Source of the DNA: Euglena gracilis
Lineage: Eukaryota
NCBI GenBank assembly: GCA_039621445.1
Contig: CP154954.1
Span: 2,542,001-2,606,000 of the forward strand
Direction of reading: 5' to 3'
Length of the DNA: 64,000 nt
The notes beneath the pieces were generated by a model. It had not been told where the DNA came from. It was given only the letters and a program-made list of their open reading frames with translations, and made no database searches. Both the position numbers and the translations under genes were made by a program. Numbering within the stretch: position 1 is the first letter of the stretch; each line of letters starts with the position of its first letter. Positions 33,045 through 45,734 of the stretch are shown here, one piece after another.

Positions 33045-36000
33045 GTTGATTGGTTGAGAATTATATTTTATCGTCTTTATCATCTTTCGGAATGATACTG
33101 GTTACCATCACTGTATACCCTTTGACTTGGTTGCTACCACAACCAGTTCGCTCTGGAAAGTGGTCCGCAACTTTTGAGTGTGCGTACCACCACCAGGTTG
33201 AATTGACTCGAAAATTTGTGCCAACGGCATCTTTAGAGATTTCGGCACAGCAGGGCTGGGGGGGGGGCTGCGGGTGGAAGGGGGGAGGAAGGTCAAAAGG
33301 AGGCCGCGCGCGGCACGCAACCTAGAATCGTGATTTTCAAGATCTCTTGCAGTCTTTGCAATCTCTTGCAGATTCTCTTTCCCACATGCCGACAATCATT
33401 ATCACCAGTGTGTTGCTTTCCTTCATTTTGCATCTTTGCACAGCTCACAAACCTAAACCCCCCAAAAATGAGCCCTCCCCCTCCCCGTAAAATAACCCCC
33501 CAAAAAATGGACCCCCCCATAAATCAGACCTGCTGGTGCGAAGCGCCGGATTTTTGAAAAAAGGACCATTTTGGGGGGTAAATCTGTCATTTTGGGACAG
33601 TTTCCACACAATTCAGCATGTTTTCCCCTATTTGTCTGGCGCGAAGCGCCAAATTTTTCGAAAAATGGTATTTTGGGGGGCATTTTTGGACATTTTGGGG
33701 AATCGAAAAATTTTCCAGCAAAAATCCATAAAATGGACCCCCCTCCCCATGAATAAGATCCCCCCTCGGGCTTTCCAGCAACCGACCCATGAATGGACCC
33801 GGGGTCTTACTTTGGGGGGGGGTTATATGTGGACTATGAAAATTTCAGGAGTGTATACACCCCGGGGGGTCGGCACACCCCTCCCCCCCCCTCACTGACC
33901 CCCTCGCCACGCCATTTTACCCCCTCCCCCCCTTTTCAGACCCCCCCCCTCGCCACGCCATGTCAGGCCCACCAAAGAAAAAAAATTTGGCGCACCCCTC
34001 CCCCTCCCCATCCAGGACCCCCTCCCACACCAAACCCCCCCCCCTAGCTGGACCCCTCGCCGCGGCGTGCCAACTCCCCCCCCCCCAAATTTGGTGGGTT
34101 TTTGATGAAAAATGATTCCCAGGGGGTCAACCAGGTTTTCAATTGTGCTGAGCTCTTAATGGGACTTGCATGTAATGGCAATTCACGGCAATTTACAGTA
34201 ATTTTTGTCACCATACCCCTTTCCCCTTTCCTTGGATTTTTTTGACTTTTTTTGACCCGCTTTTGACCTAAAGTCCATGGTTTTTGGGGGGCCGGGGGGG
34301 GGTCAAAAAAAAGTTGGTTTTCGGCTCAAAAACAATTTTTCCAGGTCTGGGAGGCCAAAAAATATGGTTTCGGGTGTTTTTTCCCCAACGTTTTTGATTG
34401 ACCTGTATTAAAATTCATCAAAACAAGCCAAAACTGCACAAAATGGCAGGACTGGATAGAGTAGAGGTAGAGGTTGAGGAAGAGGTAGAGGTCACCTCTA
34501 CCTCCACTATCCCTCTAGAAAATTCTTGTGGCCCAAAAGTTGTTTGTGTTTCAGCAATTTGAAGGCCATGAGAAGACAGACATGAAGTTATTTTCAAAGA
34601 AATATCTCTACGGCCTCCTTCAACATTTAGGTTGGTACATGGCATGTGAGTGTGTCTCTTTTGGTCCTGCAAAACAATTTGAACGGTCATGGTCTGAGTG
34701 GTCATAGCCATGACTTTTAATCCTGGCAAAACGGCATTTGACAAAAGAGCAAAGTCAAATGCTTCCACACTTTTCTGCAATCCACAATGGAATTTTCTCG
34801 AGTGAGTTTTGTTGCTTTAACTTTATATTTGGTAGTTTATCTTTTGATATGAAAACTGTGTCTGGAAACGCCGGTTCGGGCACCCGTTGGTTTAGGATGA
34901 ACATACTTGTTGAAGCAGTGTATTAGGGCCTAAACGTCTCAGTTTAAGTTTAACCTCATTGAAGTTTAACCCCTCCATCGGAAGCTCTTCTCACGTGGCC
35001 ACAGAATTTAGCCACACACAAAGCTCTTATGTTTCCGTACGTTCCAAATTTTGGCATATTGGCTTGTCAGATCCCCAGTTCAATTGCCATTTAGCATTTC
35101 AAATCAAAGTTCTCCCTCTTAAAAATTCTGCCGACAGAATTCGGCCACACTGTACAGACTAAGAAAACTCCCCAAAACAGCTCAGTCAAAGCTGCTGGTT
35201 TTTTTATCCTTGGGGGGGGGAGCCACGATCGCCCCCTTGGAAGGGGGGTCGACCATCGTCACCCTCGGTCGACCCCCACGACCGAGGGCAACCGTGGGCC
35301 AACCATGGCCGACCCCCGCCCCCCCCCCCAGGATGTCGCAACCCCTCCCCCCCCCCCGGAGGTCATTTAGAGGGATCGTTCACCTTTCTAAAGTGGAGTA
35401 TGTGCTTGGCGGGCGCTTGGTAGTCCCGCCAGGCTCGGGCACCTCCACGTGCAGAGACAAAAAGGGCCAGAAACAGCGCAGGCAGAAGAAGGGATAAAAG
35501 GCACCTAATAAACAGCCACAGTGCGCACAGAGGGGATGGTATTTGTGGGAGTTGGGAGTCAAACAGACGTGATTCAGAAACATGAAATCCAGTCGCTTGC
35601 GACTGAATAAAAGAATTCTGGGAACCGGGCTGGGATCATGGTGATAATTCGCGGTTTTCACGGTTTGCCTTGGGGCGGGGGTTCGACCCCCGGTTGTAGC
35701 TTCGCTCTTACCCATTAAGGGATAAACAGTGTGTAAAGGGATAAACAGAGTGTTGCAGCCAGGGCAACCTGACCCAGCACAGCTGCCTGGCGGCCCAACC
35801 CGTCCAGCCGGCGCGGCGGCCTGGCACGGCAGGGCTGGTCCAGCCGGCAGCTCAGCGGCTTGGCACGGTTGGGCCAGTCCGGCCGGCAACCCGGTGGCCT
35901 GGCCCAGCCGGCACCTGGCACCCCGGCACGGCCGGCGGCCAGGCAGCCCGGCCCAGCCCGGCGGCACAGCCAGTGGCCCAGCTCATTGTTGGCTCAAAAA

Positions 36001-37902
36001 CGGTTTTTCTTGGTCCGGGAGGCCAAAAAACATGGTTTCGGTCAAAAAAAAATTCCGATTTTTTTGATTTTTTTAATGCCCCGTAAAATAACCCAAAATC
36101 CATGAGTTTCAGGCCAAAAACGGGGCACCGGCGGGTCAAAAAACCCTCATTTTGGGCTCAAAAATCGGGTTTCCAGGTCTGGGAAGCCAAAGCCATGGCT
36201 TCAGGCAATTCTTCTTTTCAGTTTTCCCCAATTTTTACCCCACATATGGCTGAAACGTCCAAGTCAAAACAGGCCAAAACTGTACAAAATGGCCCAAATT
36301 GGACGAAAATTGGTTGTAACTCGGGCTCGGCAGGGAGTTGTGGGGAAATAAGATTGGGCATTTTGAGGGCTTCAATTTTGGTCTCCGGACATTTCCTTTA
36401 ATTTTGCTTCATTTTTGAGTTTTGAAAACGTTGATTTTTTGCTTTTGAACAAAACAAACATTTATTTAAAGATTAATTTTTTTGGCCACGAACTCTTCGT
36501 GTAGCCCGAGTTACGGCCATTTTTCGGCTAATTGTGTCTTTTTTTCTGGGGCCATTTTGGGCTGTTTTCGGGGTGGGCGAACGCGGGGGCGGTAGAGGGG
36601 CTCCAGGGGCACATTCCATCTTGAGACACTTCCGGAGATATTGGACTTTTCTTGATAAATTTCGAAAAATCGGATTTTCGACCAATTTTTGGACCAACAA
36701 CAGAGTTGAAACTGGGTGGGGGCGCAATCCTACCCAGTTTGGACCCCTTCGCGACTGAATAACTCAGGCATTTTCAAAAATCGTTGTTTTTTTTTGGCAA
36801 ATGTGCTCAAAATTGACCATTTTTTGCGAACATCCAGAAAGTTGCCAAAAATGACCTTCCCCTCCCCCAAGCTGTCCCCCCCCCCCCCGTACTGTTCCCA
36901 TTGGGCCGTAAAGGGTCCCGGGGACGGGAATAGCTCAGGGGGGGGGATGCGGCGGGGGTCCAACCCCCCCCCTTTTGCCCCGGAGTAAGTTTTCACTCTT
37001 ACCTAGCATCACAATAAGTGTTCTCATTGCAGTGAATTTTATTAAGAGTATTATGAAAATGCTGAGAAAATTCAAAACAGCAGCTTGGGGTGCAAGGTGA
37101 TGCCAAAAACCACAAAAAAAAAGCCCAAAAACTTATTTTTAACCCCAGTAATTTGTCAGGTGCCCTGGTGTATTCAAAGGATTTGAAATAAAATTAAAAA
37201 TATTGAAAAAATTGATATAGTATAAGCCCCCCGAATAACTTTGCAGGCCCTAAAGCTTTGCGTGCCCGAATAACTGTTTTAAGGGAAGGCCGAAAAAGTT
37301 CGGTCAGAATAATTTTGCCGACACCCCCTTTTTCAATGAAAAAAAAAACGGGAAAAAGATGTGGATTTGAACCTCACCCAACCATCACCTGATTCCTTCC
37401 CCAAACCCTAACCATATCCTTTTCAAATAGCCCAAACCCTAACCCTCTGCGTGGAATTTGCTTGCCGTGCAACACACTTCTATTGGACATCTCCCGCCGG
37501 AGTGGTGAAATGACAGGCAAATTCCCTCTTGGACAGGCAAATTGGGCCCTTTTATTAAATGCAGGAGGGTCCGACTGCTTTCTGATATTTTCAGCCACAG
37601 TGTTGGGGCTACAATTGTCGTAAAAAAAGGCCAACTTCATCGGATTTGTCCAAACTTCAGGAGACCACACCGAGGCCTTTGTCCCTTTTTGCTTAATTAA
37701 ATTTTTTCCTGGAGATTTTTTTTTCAGGCATTTCAGCCAAAAATTTTGAGGCCTATTCTAAGGCTTTTCTCCAAAGGGCTTAAAGCCTTTTGCCTTTTTT
37801 ATTTTCAAGTCAAGGCAAACCCACCTTTCATTGACTGAAACCCAAAACGGCAATATTTTTCTTGTGGTCTGTGTCAGCAGGGGAAAGCAAAAACGCGTTT
37901 TT

Positions 37903-37924
37903 GTGTGTGTGTGTGTGTTTTTGT

Positions 37925-37975
<51 letters not shown>

Positions 37976-37978
37976 TTT

Positions 37979-38009
<31 letters not shown>

Positions 38010-38123
38010 TTTTTTTTTTTTTTTTTCTGGAGCAAAATTTTTTTTGTGGGTGCTTTTTTTGGTGGAGTTTTTTTTTTGTCTTTTGTGTTTTTTTTTTTTT
38101 GTCTTTTTGTTTTTTTTTTTTTT

Positions 38124-38171
<48 letters not shown>

Positions 38172-38190
38172 TTTTTTGTGTTTTTTTTTA
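37903..38190. repeat. (TG)n plus long degenerate poly-T tract
   Basis: Low complexity; may be a noisy consensus. Confidence 0.9.
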
Positions 38191-41100
38191 TGTTTTATTC
38201 CTGTGCAATTTTTTTTCATTCATGTGACGCTGTGTGGAATGTGTGAAAACGCCATATGAAAAAATATCACGGGTGGCCGCCCCCTTCTTTGAAAAATTTT
38301 TGGTGAATTCGCCTGTGCATTTTTTTGGTTGACAATATGCTATTTTTGAAATGCGAAATGAAAATGTTACCCGGTAGCCAATGATTTTTTTTTAAGTCTT
38401 CTCCTCAGCAGTCCCTCCAGTCAACACCTGGGGGTTTTTAAAGGATTTCATTTGCAATTTGCCCCATGTGTTTAGCGTTAATGGTGGGGCCCTTTTTTTT
38501 CGGGTCCATCCCCCCCATGTGGATGGCAAAATGTTTCTTTTCCCTTTGAGATTCCATATGGCCCATTTATGCATTTTCATGTCATTTCCATATTTGCTCA
38601 TTCATCAAAACCATTTAAACCATTTAAACCACTGTCATGGGTGACGCTGTGTGAGGAAAAATGTGAAACGTTCACGGGTGCCCTCCAGGGTACCTGTGAA
38701 CATTGAACAGTTTCACAATGTGAGACCATGAACATATCACGGTGCCGCACCCGTTACACTTTCTGAAATGCGCCATTTTCGTGAATTTTCTACGCCAATG
38801 TGTCTTATGCAGATGTGTTTTTTTGGTGTAATTGACAATTTCGAGCAGGCCATTTGCTTAAAGGTTCGCAGTGCCCCCCACCCCGGGGGGGGGGGGGGCT
38901 GGGGCCAGTCCCATTTAGCTTGTGGAAATCCTATGACCTGGGGGGGGTCAGCAGGGCTGGCTAGCTAGGGAACACTTTTTTCCAGTGACTGGCAGGACAT
39001 ACTGAAAAAAAATTGGACCCCCCAAAACTCGCCAAAAATGCCTTTTTGGCATTTTCGGACAACATCAGCCAAAAAAAAAACATATTTTCATTCCCCCATG
39101 CCTGTGCGCTGGAGGAAAATTTTCTTCCAGTTGGGCGACACCCAGACCACCTCGGAGGGGTCTAGCTAGTTTTTTTTGTTCAAGTGTCCAGCAAACTGGT
39201 TAGCCAGTGAAACCGCCCCGGGTCCTGAAGCAGTGGCATGATCTCGAGGTTCTGGGAGCACACAAAATGTGGAGCTGCCTCTTCTCCATTGGGGCGGAGA
39301 TCCAACTTTTTGTGGCAGCTCGTTCTGTCTGAGGCGGTTCTGTATCCCCCAAAACCCACAAAAAATTTTTTTTTTTTTTCTGTTGGAGTTCGGTATGCTG
39401 CCTTTTCCACTGATTGGCGTTGCTTTCAAGGGGGGTGTACCCCCCTGTGTCACATCCCATACGCCCTGAAGGTGTTATAACGTGCCCTGTGTTTTTTAAG
39501 TTTTGGAAAGCCTGAAGTTGTCTCGAAATCTCAATGCAACCATATTTTTTTCTCCACTTTTTGTTCACACAGGGGTCCCAGATGGGCGGAATTTGAAGAT
39601 GTCCAAGAGTTTTTGAGGGAATCCGACTCGTTGAAACTGAATCAACTTTCTTGACTGGTGGTCGGTGGCGAGTTGCAATCGAAGATGTTACAAGGTGTGT
39701 TGTTCTTATATTAAATCCGGACCACATTTTATAAAGGATTTGGACTTTTTTTTTTTTTAAAGTTTTGTTGGTGCACGTTGGCATACGTCCCCCCACCAGT
39801 GATGTATGGGAAGCCTGTCATTGTTGAGGCAGGTGGGGGGGTGGGGCAAGATGGGAGGGGACTATGGGACCCATTTTCTACCAGGGCGGTCTTTAGGGAA
39901 CAGGAAAGTCATTTTCTTAAGGACTCCCCCCTTTCGGCCAAAGGGCCGACTAAGGGCCGGATTGGGACTTGAACAGTCCATAATTAAAAGGTCCTAAAAA
40001 CACATTTTTTGATGATTTTAGGTGGATGTGCGATGGTCCAAGGATGCCAAGAATCAGTTTTTTTTTTCCTGATGTCGACCTGTTGTCTCCGAAGAATGCC
40101 AGATTTTTTTTGCCCATTTGTTGTGTACTTTCATTGAGTGTGCTGGGACAGCGGAGTTTTTTTTTTTATTTTTTTAAGGACTGTCTTTGTTTTTACACCG
40201 GAAAATGTGTTTGAACCGAGTTTTTTCTCATGGGTTTTTCTCATCAATACCAGATTTTTCTTTGAAAACAAATACAAAATGCCCATTTTTGAATTTTCAA
40301 TTTTTTTGCATGTGGAAAACCTCCATGTGCAACGTGCAGTGTGAGGAAAAAAATGTTTTTTTTTTTTTTTTCATTTTACGGTACACAGCGCTGGAAGAAA
40401 GTTTTGCATTATTTTAGAACCTGCCAAGGAGGGGGCGGTGAGCCTGGACACCCCCTCCCAACATTTAGGGGAGGGTGATCTGGATTTTCCAATTGTGATT
40501 GAACCCTATTTTGACTTAAAACCGTTGCCTGTCGTTGCAAAGTTCGCATTTTACACCTGTTAATTTGAGACCTATGATTGAACTTCTGCATTTAAAGAGG
40601 CAACCTTTTTTTTTGATTCATTGCCGTCATCTCACCAAAGAGTTGGAATCTGATTTTTGACGAAAACATCAAACTGAAAATATATGCGGAAAAAATTTTG
40701 GTAAACGTCATTTTCGATCACGGGGATTCACTAGGGAACCATGAATGGATCACAGGTGACACATGTGGCAACGTGGCAACACATGATCGGATCGGAATTT
40801 GGTGTTCACAGGTGCACTATAACGCACCCGTGAATGCCCAACGTGAATGCTGGACCTTGCGTCCCAAATTTGTGCCCACCTGGCTTAAAAAAAAAAGTGT
40901 CAGAATTCTGCCCAAACGTGTCAGAATTTTCTCCCACAGCTTTTAAATGCATTTGGCCACACGGCAAAACGTATTGCACATCAAGCTTTCCAATTTTGAT
41001 AGCACCAGAAGGCTTTCGATCAAAAACGGACATCATGTTGGTCAGCCAAAGAACCTGGCACCCGCTCAAAGAAAGTTCATTTGGCGCCAGAAGGAAGATT

Positions 41101-44100
41101 TTGGTCTAAAAATCGGCACCCCCAGGAATACAAGAAGGCCTGGTGGGGGGGGGCAGTGGTCGACCCCCCCACCACCCATAGGGTTGAGGGGGTTCCTGGG
41201 GGTTCCCTGGGGTGACGCATGGGTACCTGTGATGCACTCCACGGCAACTGTGATCGGATGGAAAATCCCATTTCTGGTTACTTTTGTGAGGGGGGTGGTG
41301 GACCCACCTCCCGGGTAGGGGGCCCAACCCCCCCCCCACCAGGCTTTCCCATACAGCCTTGGTCACCCCTGAACCATTCACGTGTGACGTATTGTTCACC
41401 CCCTGAAACAACCCCAATTCCTCATGTGAGGAAGCCCGTGAATGGCTAACGGCTGGATCCAGTCCCTTTGACATCCACAGAAGCAAAAATACCCCAGGCC
41501 CCGACCATCTCGAGTCACCCCCCCCCAATGTTGGGAGGGGGGTCCCCTCAAGGCTTCCCATCGACCCAGGCCAAAGTCTTCTTTAAACATTTTTGTTTTT
41601 TCAGCAAACTCTCGAGTTTTCTCCCTGTCAGTTGCCTGCTTAATTTTCTTTTTTTGGAAGTTTTCATGAATATGGTGGGATTGTGAGGGACTGAGGGATT
41701 GTGAGGTGACAGTGAGTCAAGGCACGCACTTCAGTGAATGAATGAATGTCAGCCTAATGACTCTTCCTCCCTCTCAATAATGACCACAGCAGGTGAATGC
41801 AATCATTTTTTTATTGATAGAAGGCATTCCATCTAAAAAAAAAATACCGCGAGAAGGTGTGTTTTTTGTTGAATTATTCAAAGCTTCACCATAGCAACTG
41901 TGAACGTCCAATTCTGTCCCTGGGGCCAAAATATTTTTATTGCAATATTTTATTTTGATTTTTGTCTGTTGATGGCGTTCTGTTTTCCCAATGTTGGGTG
42001 CAGCTGCTGAACGGAAGTACGCCCCCTTCGCTGGATCTACGCAATTTGCCAAGAAGATTTGTGGGGCCAGTTGTACCCAGTCTGCCAGCATTTTTTCACC
42101 AGCAGATCACTGGGTCAGGGGTTTTAAGCTGGAGGGCAGGGTTTGATATAAGGAGGGCGTACATGGTTTAGGGGGGGGGGGGGTCCGGCCCCCCCCCCCC
42201 CCACCTGCCAGGGGGGTCCGGACTGACCCTCGGGGGGGTTCCCAGGACCCCCCAAAAAGGTCAATTTTTCCTCCGGCGCTTCCGGCGCTTTGCGCCGAAA
42301 ATTTTTTGCATTTTTGGCACATTTTTGCCCAAAAAGTGCCCAAATGGCACTTTTGGTGGTTTTGGGGGGTCAAAAATTTTCGGTAACCCAGACCGCGCAA
42401 CTGTTTAGGGGGGGTGTCCCCCCCACCCCCCCCCCCCTCCTGGCCCGCGGGGGGGGGGGGTCCGGACCACCCCCCCCACCTGTCCTTATATCGAACCCTG
42501 CTGGAGGGGACCCGGGAGTCCGCTGAAATATACTTCAGGCCGGCCCAGCAACGCCGGGCTGGACCGAAAAAATTTGGAAAGGGGGTCAAAAAATGGCCAA
42601 GAATAGCAGTTTTGGGTGGCTTTTGGGTTTTCACCTCAAATTTTTGGCAGAAAATGGCACCAGCTGCATTTGGGCTTTTTGCGCGATTTGGGAGGTGTCC
42701 TCCGGCCAGGCCTACCCCCCCCCCCTGGACCCCCACCCCTGGGGGAGCTGGGTCCAGCCAGCACCTTTTTTCCAGCCAGCACTTTTTCCAGCCGGCCCGC
42801 AGGACCCCCCCCCCAAGGTGCCTAAGAAACCCCCCTGAACTGGATGCGAGCGTTTTGAAGAAACCCTACGTTGCCAGAGAAAGTTGTGGGTAGTTCTTTG
42901 GAAAGGTTCCTGGATTGGACACAGGGTTTATAAGCCCCCGCCCCCCAGGGAGGCCAGCCAGCCAGCACTTTTTTTCCAGCTAGCCCACCGGGCTTCGGAC
43001 CTCCGGGAACTGCTGAAATAAAGTTGGATCCAGGGGTGGTCCCCCCCAAAAATACCAAAAAACACATTTCTAGCTGGAAAATTCAAATTTTTTGGTGCAG
43101 CCTGGCTTTGCTGGGCCCCCCCCCCTCATTTTCTCCAGCCGGCTTGCTGGAGCCCCCCCCCCCCTGGACCCTGAGAAAAACCTGATTGGATATGGGTTCC
43201 TAGGACAGGATATAGGCATCCTGCTTTGGGGATCCTGCTTTGCGTTGAGCCATGGTCAAGGAACGGCTCACAATTTTTTGGGGAAACATCCATAGTTTTG
43301 GGGGTCTTGGAGGTCAACGAGTCAATGAGGTATTTCATCGTGACTCACCAGGTGTCGGATGCTTTGAACAAAAGTGGCGGAACCCTTGCCATGGGGGTCA
43401 TTATGGTGCAGGAGGATACGGAAGAGAATGCTGACCCGTCCCCTGCTGATGAGAATATGGATCTTGGTGTGTGTTTGTTTGCCAATGCGGTGAACTTGTT
43501 GGAAGCGGGTTGTTTTTGGAGGATTGCTATTTCAAGTCAGATTTGCTTCAATAATTCTTGCAACCCGCTGCAAGCTTCTTGCTACTTGCTGAAACTAGCT
43601 TGCAAAAACATGGCTTTGTACACAGTTCACACAAAGCTATCAAACCTCCCAGGAGTGGGTTTCTCTTTTGTTCGTGAAGAAACAGGAGGGGGAAGAGTGC
43701 TGAATTTTTGTGGCTGGGTTGTGCCATGGGTTGTGCCACCCCCTCCCCCAATGAGAACCAGGTCTCATTTTGTTGGTTCACCACTGGTGCCTTTTTAAAG
43801 GACATTACAAACACCATTTTGCTGTTTTTTTATAATTATAAAAAACGGAATTCAAGCAAGCAGTGCTTTGTATCATCCCCAACCTTGTTGATCATTTCCA
43901 ATTTTCTCAGTGCTCAACCGTCCCTGGCAGTAACACCCCCCTCCCCGTCCCACAGAGTGGAGGGGTTTTTAGGACCGGGGGGGGGGGGTCCCTCCATGTA
44001 TGAATGTATCTATGTGTCTATGTCTGATGTATGTACGTTAAACATGCACAAAAGTGAGCCAAAAATGGAGGGAAATGCAACAAATGCGAATATGTTGATG

Positions 44101-44145
44101 AGAGAAGTGCACAAACAAAGATTCAAAAAATCGTGTTTATAGAAT

Positions 44146-44319
44146 ATGCATACATGCACGTGTGAATGCATGCATGCATGCATGCATGCATACAATACAT
44201 GCATACAAACATACATACATACATACATACATACATACATACATACATACATACATACATACATACATACATACATACATACATACATACATACATACAT
44301 ACATACATACATACATACA

Positions 44320-44351
<32 letters not shown>

Positions 44352-44360
44352 CACATACAT
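44146..44360. repeat. (ATGC)n/(CATA)n microsatellite
   Basis: Direct inspection. Confidence 0.95.
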
Positions 44361-45160
44361 GTTTTTTAAGTGCTGGCATCCCCTTCTGCATTAAACGTGC
44401 ATTTCTATTTGTTTTCTGCCTTTGGGGCTTCTAAATAACAGGCAATTTTTGCTTGAAAAGGCTATTTTGGTACACCAGCCAGGCTTTAGCTTAAAAGTTC
44501 GCAGTTCCCAGGGGGTTAGACTGCAGGCAGTCCAAATTTGGCACGTGAAATTCCAATGGACCTCCCCAGTGTGGGGGGTCCACTAGTAGGGTTGGCCAAT
44601 GGAAAAAGTTTTCCGTGACCCTCGCAAAGCGCCGAAAAAAAAATCTGGGACCCCCAAAACTTGCCAAACATACCTATTTTGGCTACTTTTTGGATTTTTT
44701 GAACAAAATCAGCCCAAAGAACACATCGAGGATTTTATTCCCACCGAAGGAATTTCACCCTCCTCATCCCCAAACAAATTTTTTTCCCAGTCGAGGGAGT
44801 CCCCAGGACCCGGGGGGGGGGGTCTGGCTAGTGCCACCTGCCGTAAGGCTTACGTTTTGGTGACCCGGGCCTGCTAACGCTGTGAGATTGTGAGGCCACA
44901 CTTCAAGTCATGGCGTTGTGCTCGTGCCATGCATCCCTAGAGTCGCTCACCCGGCCAGGAGGAGCAACACAGGAGCACTGGTGCAGGGGTCCCTCACCAC
45001 TCACCACACAGCAAAATGGCCCAAAAGCGAAGTTGGCACCGGCCATAAACAGACAAGGACCCTGGGGACTTTTTTTTCAGTGTCCAGGAAAATAACTAGC
45101 CAGCGGACACCCCAGGGTCCTTAAATAAAAGCCTGTCCCGAGCGCCGAAGTCGCCGGGGG

Positions 45161-45204
<44 letters not shown>

Positions 45205-45217
45205 TATACATATATAT

Positions 45218-45734
45218 GGCAGCCATCTTCTAAATGGCCCCCCCCCTGGTCACTCTAAATGCCCCCCCGGCATCTTTTTCGTTAATGATGGAGTATGGGT
45301 AGAGGCACGACTTAGGCTTAGGGGTAGGCCTGACTTGTCCACCGAACACCCGTCTATAAGTTAGGCCTAACCCTAAGCCTAAGTCGCGCACCTAACCCTA
45401 TTCCATCATTAACGCAAAAAAAACTATTTTGACGCCCTGGTCACTCTAAATGGCCCCCCCAGGGGGGCCATTTAGAATATGGCTGCCATATTATATATAT
45501 ATATATATATGGCAACTACCAACTATAGGCCCCCCCCCAAAAATTGGTTTTTTGCGTTTATGATGGAAGAGGGTTAGGTGCGCGACTTAGGCTTAGGGTT
45601 AGGCCTAACTTATAGGCGGGTGTTAGGTGTACAAGTTAGGCCTAACCCTAAGCCTAAGTCGCGCACCTAACCCTATTCCATCATTAACGCAAAAAAAACG
45701 ATTTTTGGGGGGGGCCCTATAGTTGGGAGCTGCC
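45218..45734. mobile_element. Two related hairpin MITEs (45218-45487, 45511-45734), each bounded by (TA)n
   Basis: GGCA(G/A)C...GCTGCC termini; internal palindrome TTAGGCTTAGGGTTAGGCC / GGCCTAACCCTAAGCCTAA. Confidence 0.8.

Noticed and set aside
37758-38259. Poly-K / poly-F ORFs
   Set aside because: Artefacts of the poly-T tract.
44010-44434. MYVC/HTYI repeat ORFs
   Set aside because: Translations of a tetranucleotide microsatellite.
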